From NCBI RefSeq assembly GCF_006345805.1, contig NC_042999.1, positions 41,230,001 through 41,294,000 of the forward strand: 64,000 nt of DNA, written 5' to 3'. A program made the position numbers and the translations under genes. The stretch comes from Octopus sinensis (Eukaryota). The notes beneath the pieces are model-generated. The model did no database searches. It was not told the DNA's origin and worked only from the letters and a program-made list of their open reading frames with translations. Of the stretch, positions 26,033-40,012 are shown piece after piece (the stretch's first letter is position 1; each line of letters starts with the position of its first letter).

Positions 26033-26678
26033 TCATCATTCCCTATAGTTACAAACGTTGTTTTACTTCATTCACCTTATCTGAATATTTTTGTTTCAGT
26101 AACGTCTTGCTTTCATATAATACTTATATTTCTTGTGGAAGCATATTTTCAGTAAGTTGTTTACATATTTTTTAAAGCTCTACCTCAAATCGTGCTTCGT
26201 TACGTGAGTGTATTGCTGGAAAATATTACGCAAAGCATCGATGCCTAGTCATATATCTTCGCTCGAATTTCTGATCATATTAAAACAAATGGCTGCAAAA
26301 ACGCTCATGCGCAATGAAAATCTTCATGTGCGCTAGTAATATTTATGAGGTGCACACATACATGCATGTCCTTCTCATGTACATATTCCTTTCAAGTCTT
26401 CAGATGAATTATTATGCTAATGAAATTTTGCATTCCCCACACTTTGTGTTTCCAATTCATTCGCCAGAAGGTTTTATTAAACCTGTCTATATTACAGCTG
26501 CCGCCATAGTTACAGGGCGAGCAGTCATACATTTTCATAGGTTGCTTTGTACATTTATGTTATATATTCTTTGTTAAGAACATTTATATGTGCAGAGCGC
26601 TGTTTCTTAAATGCAAATCATGCAACTACGGAAGCTGTCATACATTTTGATTGGATTTGTTTTCATAATGAAGCTTAC

Positions 26679-26736
26679 CGGTGCATTGGTTTTGTGTTCT
26701 GTTCGCACAGTTTTTCGTGGTTCCTTCCAAATTCAT
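26679..26736 (-). CDS. Candidate 58-nt exon, unknown product (MNLEGTTKNCANRTQNQCT or xEFGRNHEKLCEQNTKPMH)
   Basis: Acceptor tatgtattcatag and donor CCG|gtaagc. Two frames are open. No homology recognised. Confidence 0.15.
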
Positions 26737-26789
26737 CTATGAATACATATGCATTATACATATATAAGTAGACAAGCACGCGCATATAT

Positions 26790-26935
26790 AGTTACATATG
26801 TATATATATATATATATATATACATATGTAACTATACATATATATATTATATATATATTTATATTTATATATATATATATATTTTCATATACTTATATAT
26901 ATATACATATATATATATTTATATATACTTATATT

Positions 26936-26971
<36 letters not shown>

Positions 26972-27048
26972 GTATATATATATTTATTATATATATATAT
27001 ATATTTATATATATTTATATTATTTATATATATTTATATTTATATATA

Positions 27049-27096
<48 letters not shown>

Positions 27097-27350
27097 AGTT
27101 ATATATATATTTATATATATGAAATCAATTGATATTGTTGTATGTAACCTACCTACAAATTCCATCATGAAGGTAGGCCTATTTTCAGGATGTTCATTGC
27201 ATTGCTCGTGTATGTATTTATCGCAGTCTTTTGACGCTTTCGCTTTCATTTTTGGTAAGCGGTATTTTTACCCTCCCTTTATTCAAATATATATACATAT
27301 ATATATGTATATGTATATATGTATATATATAAATTTATATATATAATATT

Positions 27351-27388
<38 letters not shown>

Positions 27389-27428
27389 CATATAAGTCAC
27401 ATGTATATGTGCATATAAAACATACACT

Positions 27429-27477
<49 letters not shown>
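26790..27477. repeat. Degenerate (TA)n microsatellite field
   Basis: Directly visible. Confidence 0.9.
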
Positions 27478-27686
27478 CGGGAAGCTTTATGAAAATAAAC
27501 AAAAGACGAAGGCAGGTGGAAAACAAACGAACAATTGTATTAGTATGGCGCTCAGGAAATATAAATAAAACAAGTCTTTAACGTTTCGAGCCTACGCTCT
27601 TCAACAGAAAGATACACAGAGAGAGAAAAACACAGAAAGAAGGAGAGAAAAAAAATGCGTGCAGTAGCTAACGAATCAACATGGCG
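27478..27686 (-). mobile_element. About 210-bp (TA)n-flanked non-autonomous element carrying a hammerhead (PLE pLTR-like or retrozyme-like)
   Basis: Flanked by (TA)n on both sides. It shares the AACAAAC...GTATTAGT..GCGCTCAGGAA...ACGTTTCGAGCCTA.GCTCTTC block with the copies at about 6640, 10740 and 24025. Confidence 0.7.
27575..27612 (-). ncRNA. Minimal type I hammerhead-like motif, A6U plus an extra A after A9; best copy of the family
   Basis: Minus strand: TCTTT-CTGTTGA-A-GAGC(GTAG)GCTC-GAA-ACGT-T-AAAGA. Stem I is 5 bp and stem II 4 bp, both perfect; ACGT is the stem III palindrome. Confidence 0.7.
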
Positions 27687-27954
27687 ATATATATATATCT
27701 TAGACATATCCATATATACACTAAAAGCATATAGTGAGGAATAGACATGAGAAATTTGCTGACCCACGCACAAAGAGCATTAGCTCCACCTCAAGGTAAC
27801 ACTTTAAGGTATAACTTTTGGGGGAATATCTTTGTGGCTTCAGGAATTGCAACAGTCTCACGAGCAGTTCTTTCTTTAGCTTCTACTTTTCCACCGAACA
27901 GTATGGCGAGGAATAAGCTAACCTCCTTTATATATACATATATATATATATATA

Positions 27955-28009
<55 letters not shown>

Positions 28010-28845
28010 GTACGCGCCTCTGGTTGTTTGTGTGTGTATACGAATAATATACTGAACCAGATAATTTTAGAACAAATGTTTGGAAAATAATAATTTCAAG
28101 TTTTGCCCCAAGAGTAGCAACTTTGGGGGGAGGGGATGAGTTGATCACATCGACCGCGGTGTTCAACTGGTACTTATTTTATCGATCCCGAAACCAAGGA
28201 GAATCTGAACTCAGTATTCTCCATTACTTGACTGAAATTTTATTTAAGAACTTCAGTAAAGTTGATATGTCTAGAATTTTTACACAGATTGCAAAATGCG
28301 AAAAATATTAGTTACATTTCTTCGTTGCTCTAACTTTTATGACAATCGACCGCTTTATTAGAAGAGCCATTATCGGAATTAGTTCTATAACGTTATTGTT
28401 GTTTGTACGGGTGCTCTAACTAGCTTTTTAACTGACGGACCACCCACGCGAAAATAATACAACATATGCAAAGCATCCACTTTCTGTAAGTAAAAAAAAA
28501 AGAAGAAAATAGAAAATAAATAAATAAAATGGAAAATAAACATGTCAAATCAACAGACTCAATGATTTTAGTTTCGATAAATATCAAATGTAGTGATATT
28601 TTGACTCGTTCACCGAACATATTTTCTCAACGAGCACTCAACGCCTATCCCTTCGCACACAGTACATAAACCAAACTATACTTAAGGAGTAATTTCTCTA
28701 TGAAAAGAATAACTGATTTCTGACTTACATCTGTCTGCGTAAGCTGTTTTACTTCCAACGAAAGAAGCAAAAATTAGGGACTAACAGCTGTCGGAACCAT
28801 TCACTAACAAAATGGCATTTCAGATACAAGTTTTCATTCTTAGAA

Positions 28846-28896
<51 letters not shown>

Positions 28897-29387
28897 CTGC
28901 TTTCTCTTTTTTTTGTTTTGGCGTACAGTCTGTTAGATACAGAGGAATTTGTAGCATTTACTTGCATAAGTGAACGTGTTTGTGTGCGTGTAATGCCCAT
29001 CGTTGTTTTATGTTAATGCTATAAGCAAAATACTGAGATCTCTATACACATAATAAAGTCAATATATTTGTATTTAAGAAACTTGACTGCTATTCCGTTC
29101 TATGAATTCATTACCATCGAACAAAGCGTTCTTCAAAATGATGTTTCAATAAGAAAAGCTTTTCATATCTTAAATGTAAAGGGGTTTATTGTTAACTTGT
29201 AGCAAGTCTCAGAGATCAGAATTTCTTCATTTGACTTTTATAATTCCCTAGGTAGTATTTTAATCCATGCCAGCAAATTAATATAATTACTAGTATGACA
29301 TTCCTCAACTGCGTAGAACTGCGATAAGTGAGCTACGAGTATTTACTGTACCCGATGTCTTAGTAAACGGAACGACTAAGAAATCTC

Positions 29388-29803
29388 TGTCTTGTTTCAA
29401 TTATTAAACTGCGGCCATGCTGGGGTACCCAACACCTTGAAGAATTTCAGTCAAATGAATGGACCCCATTGCTTATTATTTTATTAATATTTTACTTGTG
29501 TTTTGTAAAGCCTGATACTTACTTTATCGGTCTCTTTTGCCGAACGGCTAAGTAACGGGGACGTAAACACGCCAATATCGGTTGTCAAGTGGTGGTTGGG
29601 GGACAAACAGATACACAATGATACACATACATAGATATATTCATAAGACGGGCTTCTTTCAGTTTGCGTCTCTCAAATGCACTCACATCGCTTGCGTCAC
29701 CCCGCGTGTATAATAAAAGAGACTTGCCCAGGATGCCACCCACTGGGACTGAACCGAGACCCATGTGGTTAGGAAGCAATCTTCTTACCACATAGTCACG
29801 CCT
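29388..29803 (-). mobile_element. Family C SINE, near full length, diverged
   Basis: CTGCGGCCATGCTGG...GCCGAACGGCTAAGTAACGGGGACG...GACTTGCCCAGG...GGGACTGAACC matches other copies. Confidence 0.85.
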
Positions 29804-29839
29804 AGTGTATACAAATAAACTCTAATTCAAATTCCTACG

Positions 29840-29870
<31 letters not shown>

Positions 29871-29913
29871 CTTAGAACAATCAATATATGTACACATTTA
29901 CCAAAGTTGCTAG

Positions 29914-30066
29914 CTTGTCCAATACATTACGAGACTGAAGCGTATCAAGGAATGGCGAAGGAGCATAGTAAAGAAAGTTGCCTCTGGTTTAACCAATTCT
30001 TCCGCCAATGCAACCTCGATTTTCTTAACTTTATTAGAAAGAATTGTCCAACCATTCACAAAGGAT
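29914..30066 (+). CDS. Candidate 153-nt phase 0-0 exon (LVQYITRLKRIKEWRRSIVKKVASGLTNSSANATSIFLTLLERIVQPFTKD), unknown product
   Basis: Weak acceptor ttgctag and donor GAT|gtaagg. The frame is open and protein-like, but two other frames are also open here. Confidence 0.2.
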
Positions 30067-32559
30067 GTAAGGTATTTAAAAAACAATGATATTGAATCAG
30101 CGACAGGTGCACAAGGCATCTTGATAACATCGCACACGCACACACACATAACACACACACACACACGCACACACACACATACACACTCGCATGTATTCTC
30201 ACAGCTATACAAATGATGAGGTAACGAGACCAACATACAGAAATGTAAATGCAATTCAAGATGAAGGATAACTGCTCGTTTCATAGTAATTTCCTTAGCA
30301 ACGGAATCGTATTCACAGCTAAAGTTGCTTCCCAAGAGGTTAGCAAGTGAAATGAAATGATCCGTAGCAATAAGCAAAGCTATTGCCTAAGGTATTTCCA
30401 TAACTATAAGAAATTCATATGAGAGTAAAGCAAAACTATGATAACTGCCGAAGCTTTATCAAAATACTTAGCCAGGTTAAAATATATGGGAAAGATATAC
30501 CTCTTAAATGGTCAAGCTTCAAAATTACCCATGCCGACTATAAAAATAACACAGCTGACCAAAATATGTTGATATGATATTTCAATATATCAAAAATTTA
30601 TTAAAAATACAAATTTTCTAGCTGTTTTAGTGAGATCTGCCGGAGAAGACTAAAGAAAAACACACTTACTCTGAACACAGAAAACTGATATTTTTTAAAT
30701 CATTCCTCACTCAGATGCTATCTAGAGAATACTTGAACCGAGAGAAAATCTAAGAGCTAAGCGAGGAAGTAATACAGATATAAAGAGAAGGAAATTTTAT
30801 GACTGGTGAGAGAGCAGTATTTCGTATTATCTCAATTATAGAACATTTTGCCTAAATTCACATTACTTAACAATAGGAGGGTATTATCGCTAAGTAGTGA
30901 ATTCTATGTTGCGAGGTACTCCGTAGAATTGTAAGATGGGAAAATACTGTAAGTTTTCGTTATTGCAATATGCTGCAATGGGATAGTTCATTCTTTTGGA
31001 AGGGAAATGCCTGATCATAAACCAGAAATTCGCTTTTCTATAATACGTCGTAGTTCAGAATCCGAATACGCATGTGCACGCCTGTATGAGTATGTGTATA
31101 TGTGTGCGTGTGTTTCTACATTCATACAAACATATATTTCTATATATCTGATAGGGGGCGGCACTGGGTAGATATTGTGATTTTAAACCTTTAAACATTA
31201 GAGAGAATCTCCACAGTAACTGCTGTGAATTTACCTTTAGAAGTTGAAATATATCTCAAACATATTTTAACTAACCTAAAGATGCGTATAGCTAAACAGT
31301 GCTAGGTGCTGTTACTGCTTAAGACACACATACACACACCTGCATTTCTGAATGACCATTAGGTAGTACGCACTCTACACAATAACTTACTGTTTCTGCC
31401 ACATCAGGTTTAATAGTAGAACATGGTGTAATAATTACACTTCGTTGGAAAGGTAATAGTAATTTTAATTAAATATTTTTATCGTATTTTCCTTTACATT
31501 TTAATAAGTGCGATATTCAGTCTCCTAGAGTGAAGCGGTCTGTAAAACAGAAAATAATGCTTTCTACTACAGGGTCTTAAATGTTAGGGGACGTGATAAA
31601 TTGATTTCATCAACTCCAGCGATTGACTGGTGCTTATTTTATTACCCACGGTGGACAGAAAATAATAACACGATCATACATCATAACACTATCCTACATT
31701 TATAAAGTATTTTCCTTGAATGTTTAGAATTATTTTTAGTAATATGATATTAGTGAGCGTTGTAAAATGGTAGAGCCGATACAGCATCAAACAATTTGAT
31801 TTACTTTAGAGATTTACTTTGGAGATGTCACTCTACGCTCGGATTTCGAAACCTGCAAGCTTCAAGCTTGCCGTTCATACATCTTAACTGATAAACTATG
31901 TACTTTCAAGTTCGATATCGTACAACGCCATCTCTTCTTTAAAGTGCGTAGCTTCTAACCAATGTTAGGAATCAATACTATAGACATCATGTAATAATAT
32001 ATATATCGTATTTTTATCTCACTCGCAGAGATTAAGCTTTGAGACAACGCTTCATCAAATGGAAGTCACTTCGTAATATTATAGCTGTACCGATTCTTAT
32101 ATGGGCTGGGTGGTAAAATTAACATTACCGTAATGGAAAAACATTCTATTTTCAATTTTCTGACAGAAGACGGTTCAATATCCACTGTTACGTTTCTTTA
32201 GCAAGCTAAGAAGTTTGCTGACTATAGGTAAAAAAAAAAAAAAAAACGAAAACGATCCAAACAAATTTAGCGATGAGACTGTCATCTAAGTGCTTACTTT
32301 CAAGTTTGTTTAATAGAAGTAATAAATTCCGATTTTACAGACAGTTTTCTAATTTCAAGTATGAAGATGATGTGCTTTTAAGTTGGCACACTCGAAAACA
32401 AATTATAAGATGCGTCACTTCTTAAATTATGACATCATAAATCATTCACATTAGAAAGGATAAACTTGGATGTAATGTTGTCGAAATGATTCATGAAGAG
32501 CAAAAGAGAAATGTCAAAACTTATAGAGAGTGAGGAGACGGACGGACAGAGAGGAGGAA

Positions 32560-32563
32560 ATTT

Positions 32564-32621
<58 letters not shown>

Positions 32622-32709
32622 TTACTGGAAGAAAAAAATATTGTACAGAAGTTGTATGAAGGTGAAGAACACTTTTAAATGCATGAAGACAAACGGTGTT
32701 TCAGAGAGG

Positions 32710-32777
<68 letters not shown>

Positions 32778-33080
32778 GTATATATATATATATATATGTG
32801 TGTGTAATATATATATGTGTGTATATATGTGTGTGTAATATATGTATGTATGTATGTATGTGTGTGTGCGTATATAGATATGTACATATATATATTTATG
32901 CATATATATATATATATATGTGTAAATGTATATACATATAATGTATATATCAGCTATGTATATATATAATATATGTATATATACATGTATGTTTGTATGT
33001 GTATGCACCTATATATATATATATACATATATATGCATATATGTATGTATTAGTATATACTTTGTATGCATATGTGCATA
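32560..33080. repeat. (GA)n followed by compound (TA)n/(TG)n microsatellites
   Basis: Directly visible. Confidence 0.9.
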
Positions 33081-33954
33081 TGTAAGCGATATAGAATGAG
33101 TCACACAGTAAATCAATGTATGTTAGCGACAAGATCAATAGTATATCAGCGTAAAACAGAAAGAAGAGTTAGGGGAGATAAAAGGAAAAATAAAATCAAC
33201 GCTAGAACAAAGTAGTTAAAATACACAATAAAAGGAACGAACGTATCTAAATTTTTAGATTGAATGCACATACAGCTGCATTAGTAATTGAAGATCAGAA
33301 GTAAGGAAAATGCTTGATGATCGAACGCCACTACAAATGCATGCCCTAAAAAGGTCGTCAAGAATCCTATACAGAGTGAGGGAGCTAATGTTTCCAAATT
33401 TAAGTTTCTTAATAACAATATAATTTATTACAATATATTATTCCGATTGCACGCTTAAGTGAATTTCTAAATTAATTTGTCTCCGTTCTTCATAACGTAT
33501 GTATGTGCGTATGTATCTACGCATGTATGTATGTGTGTATGTATGTATGCGTATATATACGTGTGTTTGTGTATGGATAAATCTAGCCTTCGTGCAAAAA
33601 TTCATTCAATCCGTATGTACATAGAAATTGTCCCTACTTTACTTCGTCTCTTTCATTCTTTCTCTATCTACTGCAACCTCTCATAAAAGTCATTCTCTAA
33701 TAGTAACAGTCGCATTATATCTTAGCTCTAAGCATCGAACTCCCAATGTTACCTAAGCGAAATTTTCTGTAAAAACTGAAAAATCCTATGCATTAATTAG
33801 ATTTCATTCAGTTATTCATATTTTAGGAAGTTATAATCAATGTGGAAATTATGGAATCATTCTTGAATGTAGACATTATAAAGATCGTATTTTACATGTA
33901 GCTTTATTAATGATTGTCATTTACTTTCGATATCAGTAAGATAAAGAAATGAAA

Positions 33955-34160
33955 TCGGCGAGCTGGCAGAATCGTTAGCACGTTGGACAAAATGCTTAGC
34001 GGGATTTCGTCAGTCTTTACGTTGTGAGTTCAAATTTCCCCGTGATTAACTTTACCTTTCATCCTTTCGCAGTTGAAATATTTAGTTCTGGATACGTGCA
34101 GTTGTTGTACTCGAATCCCCATCTCAAACAGCAGGCTTTGTGCTAATATTTGAAACCAAT
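33955..34160 (+). mobile_element. SINE family A
   Basis: GGCGAGCTGGCAGAATCGTTAGCACG...GAGTTCAAATT...CTTTCATCCTTTCG. Confidence 0.85.
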
Positions 34161-36299
34161 ATCAGTAAAATAAATGTTTTTTGTAACTAACCTTGTTTTA
34201 AATCTATTTGACGAGGTTACTGTTCTGTCTTCCAAGTTCAAATGAGACAACCTATGATATACATTTTCCGTGCAAACAAAAAAGACTTTGCCTTGAATGT
34301 TAGTGTATTATTAACTCAGATGGTTCTGAAATTTCTTTTTATGTGAGAGAATAATTACGAAGATGATGATCGTGATATCATTCATAATACTGAGGAAGAA
34401 TGGTGTAAAGAAAAAAATGGGGTTTTAGTTTTGTCTTTGAATTTCGTGTCGGAACGTGACTACCTAAAAGTTGTAGACAGAACGTTCCACATGCTTATAG
34501 CTTAATTTGTCATCGATCTTTTTCTATACTCATTGATCAATAGCACCGGAAAAATATGAGATGGAATTTTAACAAATAATTGCAACTGTTTTGTCAGATG
34601 AGAAAATAATGAATCTATCCTTCTTCAAGATATTGAGTAAGTTGTAACTGAATAATATTGAGACGGTGTTGTTTCTAGGTTTCGCATGACAAAGAATTTA
34701 CCGCAAAGCTTGTGTTTTGGCATTTGTCTTAGACATTTTATTAATGATAACAATAAGTCGAGAAAATAACAAAAGTCAATTTTAATTTTCAAAATATTAC
34801 ATGAATTAATTTTAAGAGATTGATAGAATTCTATGAGCACTTGAGTATTAAAACTGTCATTACAGTTATGACTCGGTTGCTTTTGATGATAGGAAAGATT
34901 CGTTCCCGAAAACACCCTACATGAAAGATCGATCAACTAATTAATAGTTCACATAAGTAGCGTGCATTTAATGAAAAATTACAGTTCTGCTGTGTTGAGC
35001 TCAAATACTTTTGATAATTACTTATTGTGAAGAAGGAAAATATTATAAACTTTAAGCATACATTCGAAAACATCGGTTTGTTTATTCATATCTTTTAAGG
35101 ATGATTATTGACTTATGGGACACTGGAAATTTTGCTTTGAAAGTAGGATATGATATTGAAAATTCCGGAGAATTTTAAGCAGACTTATTTATACATATCA
35201 TATCGGATTGCATTAAATGTTATGACGAGTCATCGCAATCGTATGTTAAGGAAATTAACATTTGATTTTGTTACAAATTTAACCTCACTGCGTTAGCTTG
35301 TACAATATATTCCTGCAGATTCCAGCAGAGTAAATAAGTTCCGTAATTTTGAGTTATTTTCCAATAAAATGTGTTATTATACTCATACCAATAAATGTTC
35401 TGCGTTATAAACAGCATAGAATCTATATGTCTTTATCTGCTTGAGGTATCTCATATCCGTATGGGTCATTTCTACCCCAGCTCACGGGGATCCGTTTCGC
35501 ATTCTCATTATCTCTGATCGTGACAGCCTTCAATTATTTTCACGATTCTCGTGTTATAGGCAATCCAATTGTGTTAACACTCAGTATGTTGATGGCTCCT
35601 CTTATTCAATCGTAACTTTAATTACGCTAATTTGTAAGTTGACGTGATATAACTAATAACTATTACTGTACTCTCTAATATCTTAGCACTTTTTCAATGG
35701 GGATTAGCTGGTAAGAACGATAACTAAATCTTTCTCAAATCGCACTGGTTTTTAAAAAAATATGATGACACTTTTATATATTGCAATCCTAGATATACTC
35801 TGGGAAAAAAAGAGAGCGATATTGTCATCTTAAAATACTTTCATCCTAGCTCTGCTCGGTCGGTATTGTCCTGGGAACATACATCCACGACATTTGCGAT
35901 TAATATGCATTTATAAGATTGTTCGTGTTGCCTGTTTCCCTATACAAAACGAAAGAAACTGAAGTCTTTCCAAATGAATTACTTTAAAAATAGTAATTTC
36001 GAAATATATGTTGCCAAACGTCTCCCATTAATCGAATGCTAGACCTTAATTTGGCAATAAAATCTCAAGAACGAAATCATACATATGCAATAGAGCGAAG
36101 AGTACAAAGCTATAGATTTTTGTCATGTCTTGTGCATCGAAGAGATTTTTACCTGTATTTTTCATGATACTCGTTCGGTGAAAGTACAACAAATAAACAA
36201 AACATAAATGGAAAGATAAATGCACAGGTACATTTGTCAGGGACACAACACTTCAGCATATATTAGCACGTGCTTTTGTCTCTAACCCTTATGTATACT

Positions 36300-36615
36300 G
36301 GAATTCCGTTGGTTACGTCGAAGCGAATTGCCCTTGATTCGATCAGCGGAACAGCCTGCTCGTGAAAAAAAACGTACAAGTGGCTGAGCACTCCAGAGAC
36401 ACATATATCCTTTATGTAGTTGTCAGGGAGATTCAGTATGATACAGAGTGTGACAATACTGGCCCTTTCAAATAGAAGTACTACTCATTTTTGTCAGCTC
36501 AGTGGAGTGGAGCAATGTGAAATAAAGTATCTTGCTGAAGGACACAACGCGTCACCGGGAATTGAACTCACGTCCTTACGATCGTGATCCGAATACACTA
36601 ACGATAAGCCACGAC
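36300..36615 (-). mobile_element. tRNA-derived SINE family D with CORE/Meta-like domain
   Basis: Reverse-complemented head GGGAATTGAACTCACG.CCTTACGATCGTG at 36557-36590 and core GTGGAGCAATGTGAAATAAAGTATCTTGCTGAAGGACACAAC. Confidence 0.8.
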
Positions 36616-37019
36616 CGTTATGGATATATACTTTGGATGGGTGCAGCTTCAGCAGCAATGTAATAAAACTGTCATCATACGTGTTTCTCGGTTACTCATG
36701 CAGGAGTAGCCTAGTATTCTTTGTATTATAAATGTCAACGCACATCGATATATATATCTATATGTATATATAGATAAATAGATAAATAGATAGATAGATA
36801 GATACACACACACAAAGACAGAGGGAGAGAGAGAGACAAATGGAGAGATGAAAGAATTGCAGTGTGTGTGTGTGTGTGCTTGATATGTGTTTTTGTGTGT
36901 ATGGATGTATGTTTTATTTTGACAGAACAAAACTTATTTGAGATGAGAATGTGAAAGTTATCAATTGATAATAGTTTAGCAGATGATATGCCATTTCCAG
37001 ATTTTCGCATTAACTTTTA

Positions 37020-37127
37020 CTCCACTACCACTATTATTACTACTACTACTACTACTACTAATAATAATAATAATAATAATATAATAATAATAATAATAAG
37101 AAGAAGAAGAAGAAGAAGAAGAAGAAT
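37020..37127. repeat. Compound (ACT)n/(AAT)n/(AAG)n trinucleotide microsatellite
   Basis: Directly visible. Confidence 0.95.
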
Positions 37128-37152
37128 ACAGTTATATTAGTATATACATACA

Positions 37153-37198
<46 letters not shown>

Positions 37199-38040
37199 GC
37201 GAATAAAATATAAAATAAGACTAACTTCCGTTGAGAATATTTTTCACTTTCTATTACAGAATGTGGCTAAAATGTATCCATTGAGAATTTTCTTAACCGG
37301 AAATGTAATTGGATATGTGGGGAAAGCTATTAAATTATAGTTTTAGCAGATGTTAAGAGATCTTCTTTGTAAAGAAAACATATACACTTCGTACTAAAAT
37401 CAATTAGAGAATAGCATTTCGCAAACGCATAGGCCACCCATTTTGATTCGAAACCTGCTTGAAGTCAGATAAAACTGTTTGTTTGTTTGTGAGAGAGCAT
37501 ATGGGTGTAGCTTAATGATAAATGTACTTAAGTGTGCGTCAATGTGATTCAGAGAAAATGCACATCTAAAAATATCACAGATTACTTTTAAATCGGCGAA
37601 GTTATTTTAAGAATGCATTTGTTGTCTCTGAAGTACATATTGACTGTTGTGTTATAATGCCTAAACAAACAAGCTATGTTAAATTAGTAACTTGAGAATG
37701 GTCCATCAGATGAAATGAATTGGTTTTCTTTCCGAAAGTGCTCTTACTATATCGCAGTCATCCATATATTATGTAATTAGTGTTAGGTAATTGTTAAAAA
37801 TTAACATAATCAATAACTACATTATTTTATAATTACTTCCTATTTACTGATAACGAAATTAGTTTTTTGTATTTCTAATTAGTTGCAGAAATATTTCTGG
37901 TACTTATAAATATGGATATTAGTTCAAGTGTCTGTGTGCGTGTGCATGTTCGTATGTGTCTATGTATGTGTATAAATTCAGGAGTGCGTTTATATGTATA
38001 TATGTGTGTATACATATGCATATATATGTATATGTAGTTG

Positions 38041-38088
<48 letters not shown>

Positions 38089-38371
38089 TCTCTTATTATT
38101 CTAGTTAATTATTCATTGTAGCATTTTAGCATTTTAACAGACCAATTAGCAAAGATATATTTTTGCTCCTGATCATCCTTTCTGAAGTATATTTTCTAGT
38201 TTTCTTTTTTTTTTGTTCTTTTTGTGGGGAAGTATATGCATCAACCGAACAGATTAAGCGAGAGCTTAAAACATACTACATGCAAAGGATGATACGGTTA
38301 ACTTGTTATCATCACATCTTATCAGTCCAATTAGTTAATATTAGTATTAATGTTAGGTATTCATTAATGTA

Positions 38372-38772
38372 ATGAGCTGGCAGAATCGCTAGCAGGCCGG
38401 GCAAAATGCTTAGCGGCATTTCGTCAGCGTTTACGTTCTGATTTCCAATCCTGTCGATGTCGACTTTGCCTTTCATCTTCTGAGGGTCGATAAGATAAGT
38501 ACCAGTCGGGCACTGAGATCAAAGTAATCGACTTACTACCATCTCCGAAATATTCATTACGGTGGTGAACTGGCAGAATCTTTAGCACACTGGGCGAAAT
38601 ACTTTGCAGAATTTCGTCCGTCTTTATTTTGAGTTGAAATTCCGCTGAGGTCTACTTTGCCTTTCATCCTCTCAGGGTCAGCAAAATAAGTACCAGTAGA
38701 GGACTGAAGTTGATATAATTGTCTATCCCCATTCTCCAAAATTACTGGACTTGTGCAAAAATTTGGAATCAT
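38372..38772 (+). mobile_element. Two tandem SINE family A copies
   Basis: Heads at about 38372 and 38560 with conserved core and GTACCAGT motifs. Confidence 0.85.
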
Positions 38773-39441
38773 TTTAAAGTATTCACGCTGCCAAAGAATT
38801 CTTGCAATGTAAATTTGATAGATGAATACAGTTGTGTCGTATTTCGTGTATACTACTATAAATAGTTATAATATACACCAATCCCTCGCCATATCGCTGT
38901 TCATCTATCGCGGTTTATTATTTAGGCTTACGTCGATTCATCTGTGGTGTTGTTTTGTATTTATAATAAAATAAATATAAACAAATTATAAAAATAATAA
39001 TAATAAAGATATACATTTTTCATTGAAAACTATAGAACACGTCTTAATATGCACGCATAACCAACTTTTATCTTTTTGCATATTTCAATTCACGATTACA
39101 TCACTGTACATAAATCCCCTCACTAAACAAGTTTTTCAAAACTTTTTTTTGTCTGTACATATATATTCCTCACCCCTTACCGAAAACTGAACATTTATCC
39201 CCCCTTGCCCACAACAATAACAATAATAACGATAACCATTTACCTCCCCTTATTTTTCTACTGGTGAAGTCATCCACTTGTAAATATCATCACACACAAC
39301 ATGGACAAAATTTCTTCTTAAGAAAATGCATATTCGAATAAGTAAATTATATCATGAATAGCGAAAGCGAAACCGGTCGATATATTAAAAATTATATTAA
39401 AGCTATGTAAAGTGTGTGTATTTTCCTTTTTTAAATTCTCA

Positions 39442-39513
<72 letters not shown>

Positions 39514-39515
39514 AC

Positions 39516-39904
39516 ATACAAAAAAATGGGACAAGAACGCAAATTAGCCAGACAGGTGAAACAAAAAAGAGCCAACAAAATATCCAGAAAGACGTTACAG
39601 GGAAAACAAGGACGGATCATTCGGAGTTTTCTATCTTCAGTCGAGCTCCAGATTATCTTTGCAATTTCGGCTGGTTATACTTGAGATTGCTCCAGCTTAT
39701 TTTTTCCTTGGGGCTAGCCAGATTGGAGCAATCTCGAGTGTAACCAGCCGAAATTGCAATGATAATCTGGAACTCGTCTGAGGATAGAAAACTCCGAATG
39801 ATCCGTCATTGCTTTCCTTGTATCGTCTTTCTGGATATTTTGTTGTCTCTTTTTTGTTTCACCTAAATGTCTGGATGTTTTGCGTTCTTGTCCTATTTTT
39901 GTAT
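39516..39904. repeat. Large fold-back (arms 39516-39694 and 39724-39904, 29-nt spacer) between (TA)n arrays
   Basis: The arms are reverse complements at roughly 90% by eye, mostly substitutions. Confidence 0.95.
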
Positions 39905-39957
39905 TTTTTATTTTAAAAATATAGCGGCGTACGTACACTTTGGACTCATATATATAT

Positions 39958-40012
<55 letters not shown>

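Noticed and set aside
26050-26460. Minus-strand frame KCGECKISL...AHERFCSHLF...FPAIHSRNE, vaguely like a P-element/THAP9 C-terminus
   Set aside because: About 9 stops in about 135 codons is no better than random for this composition, and no diagnostic motif is present.
34625-34936. 103-aa minus-strand ORF
   Set aside because: No recognisable motif or splice signals; compatible with chance.
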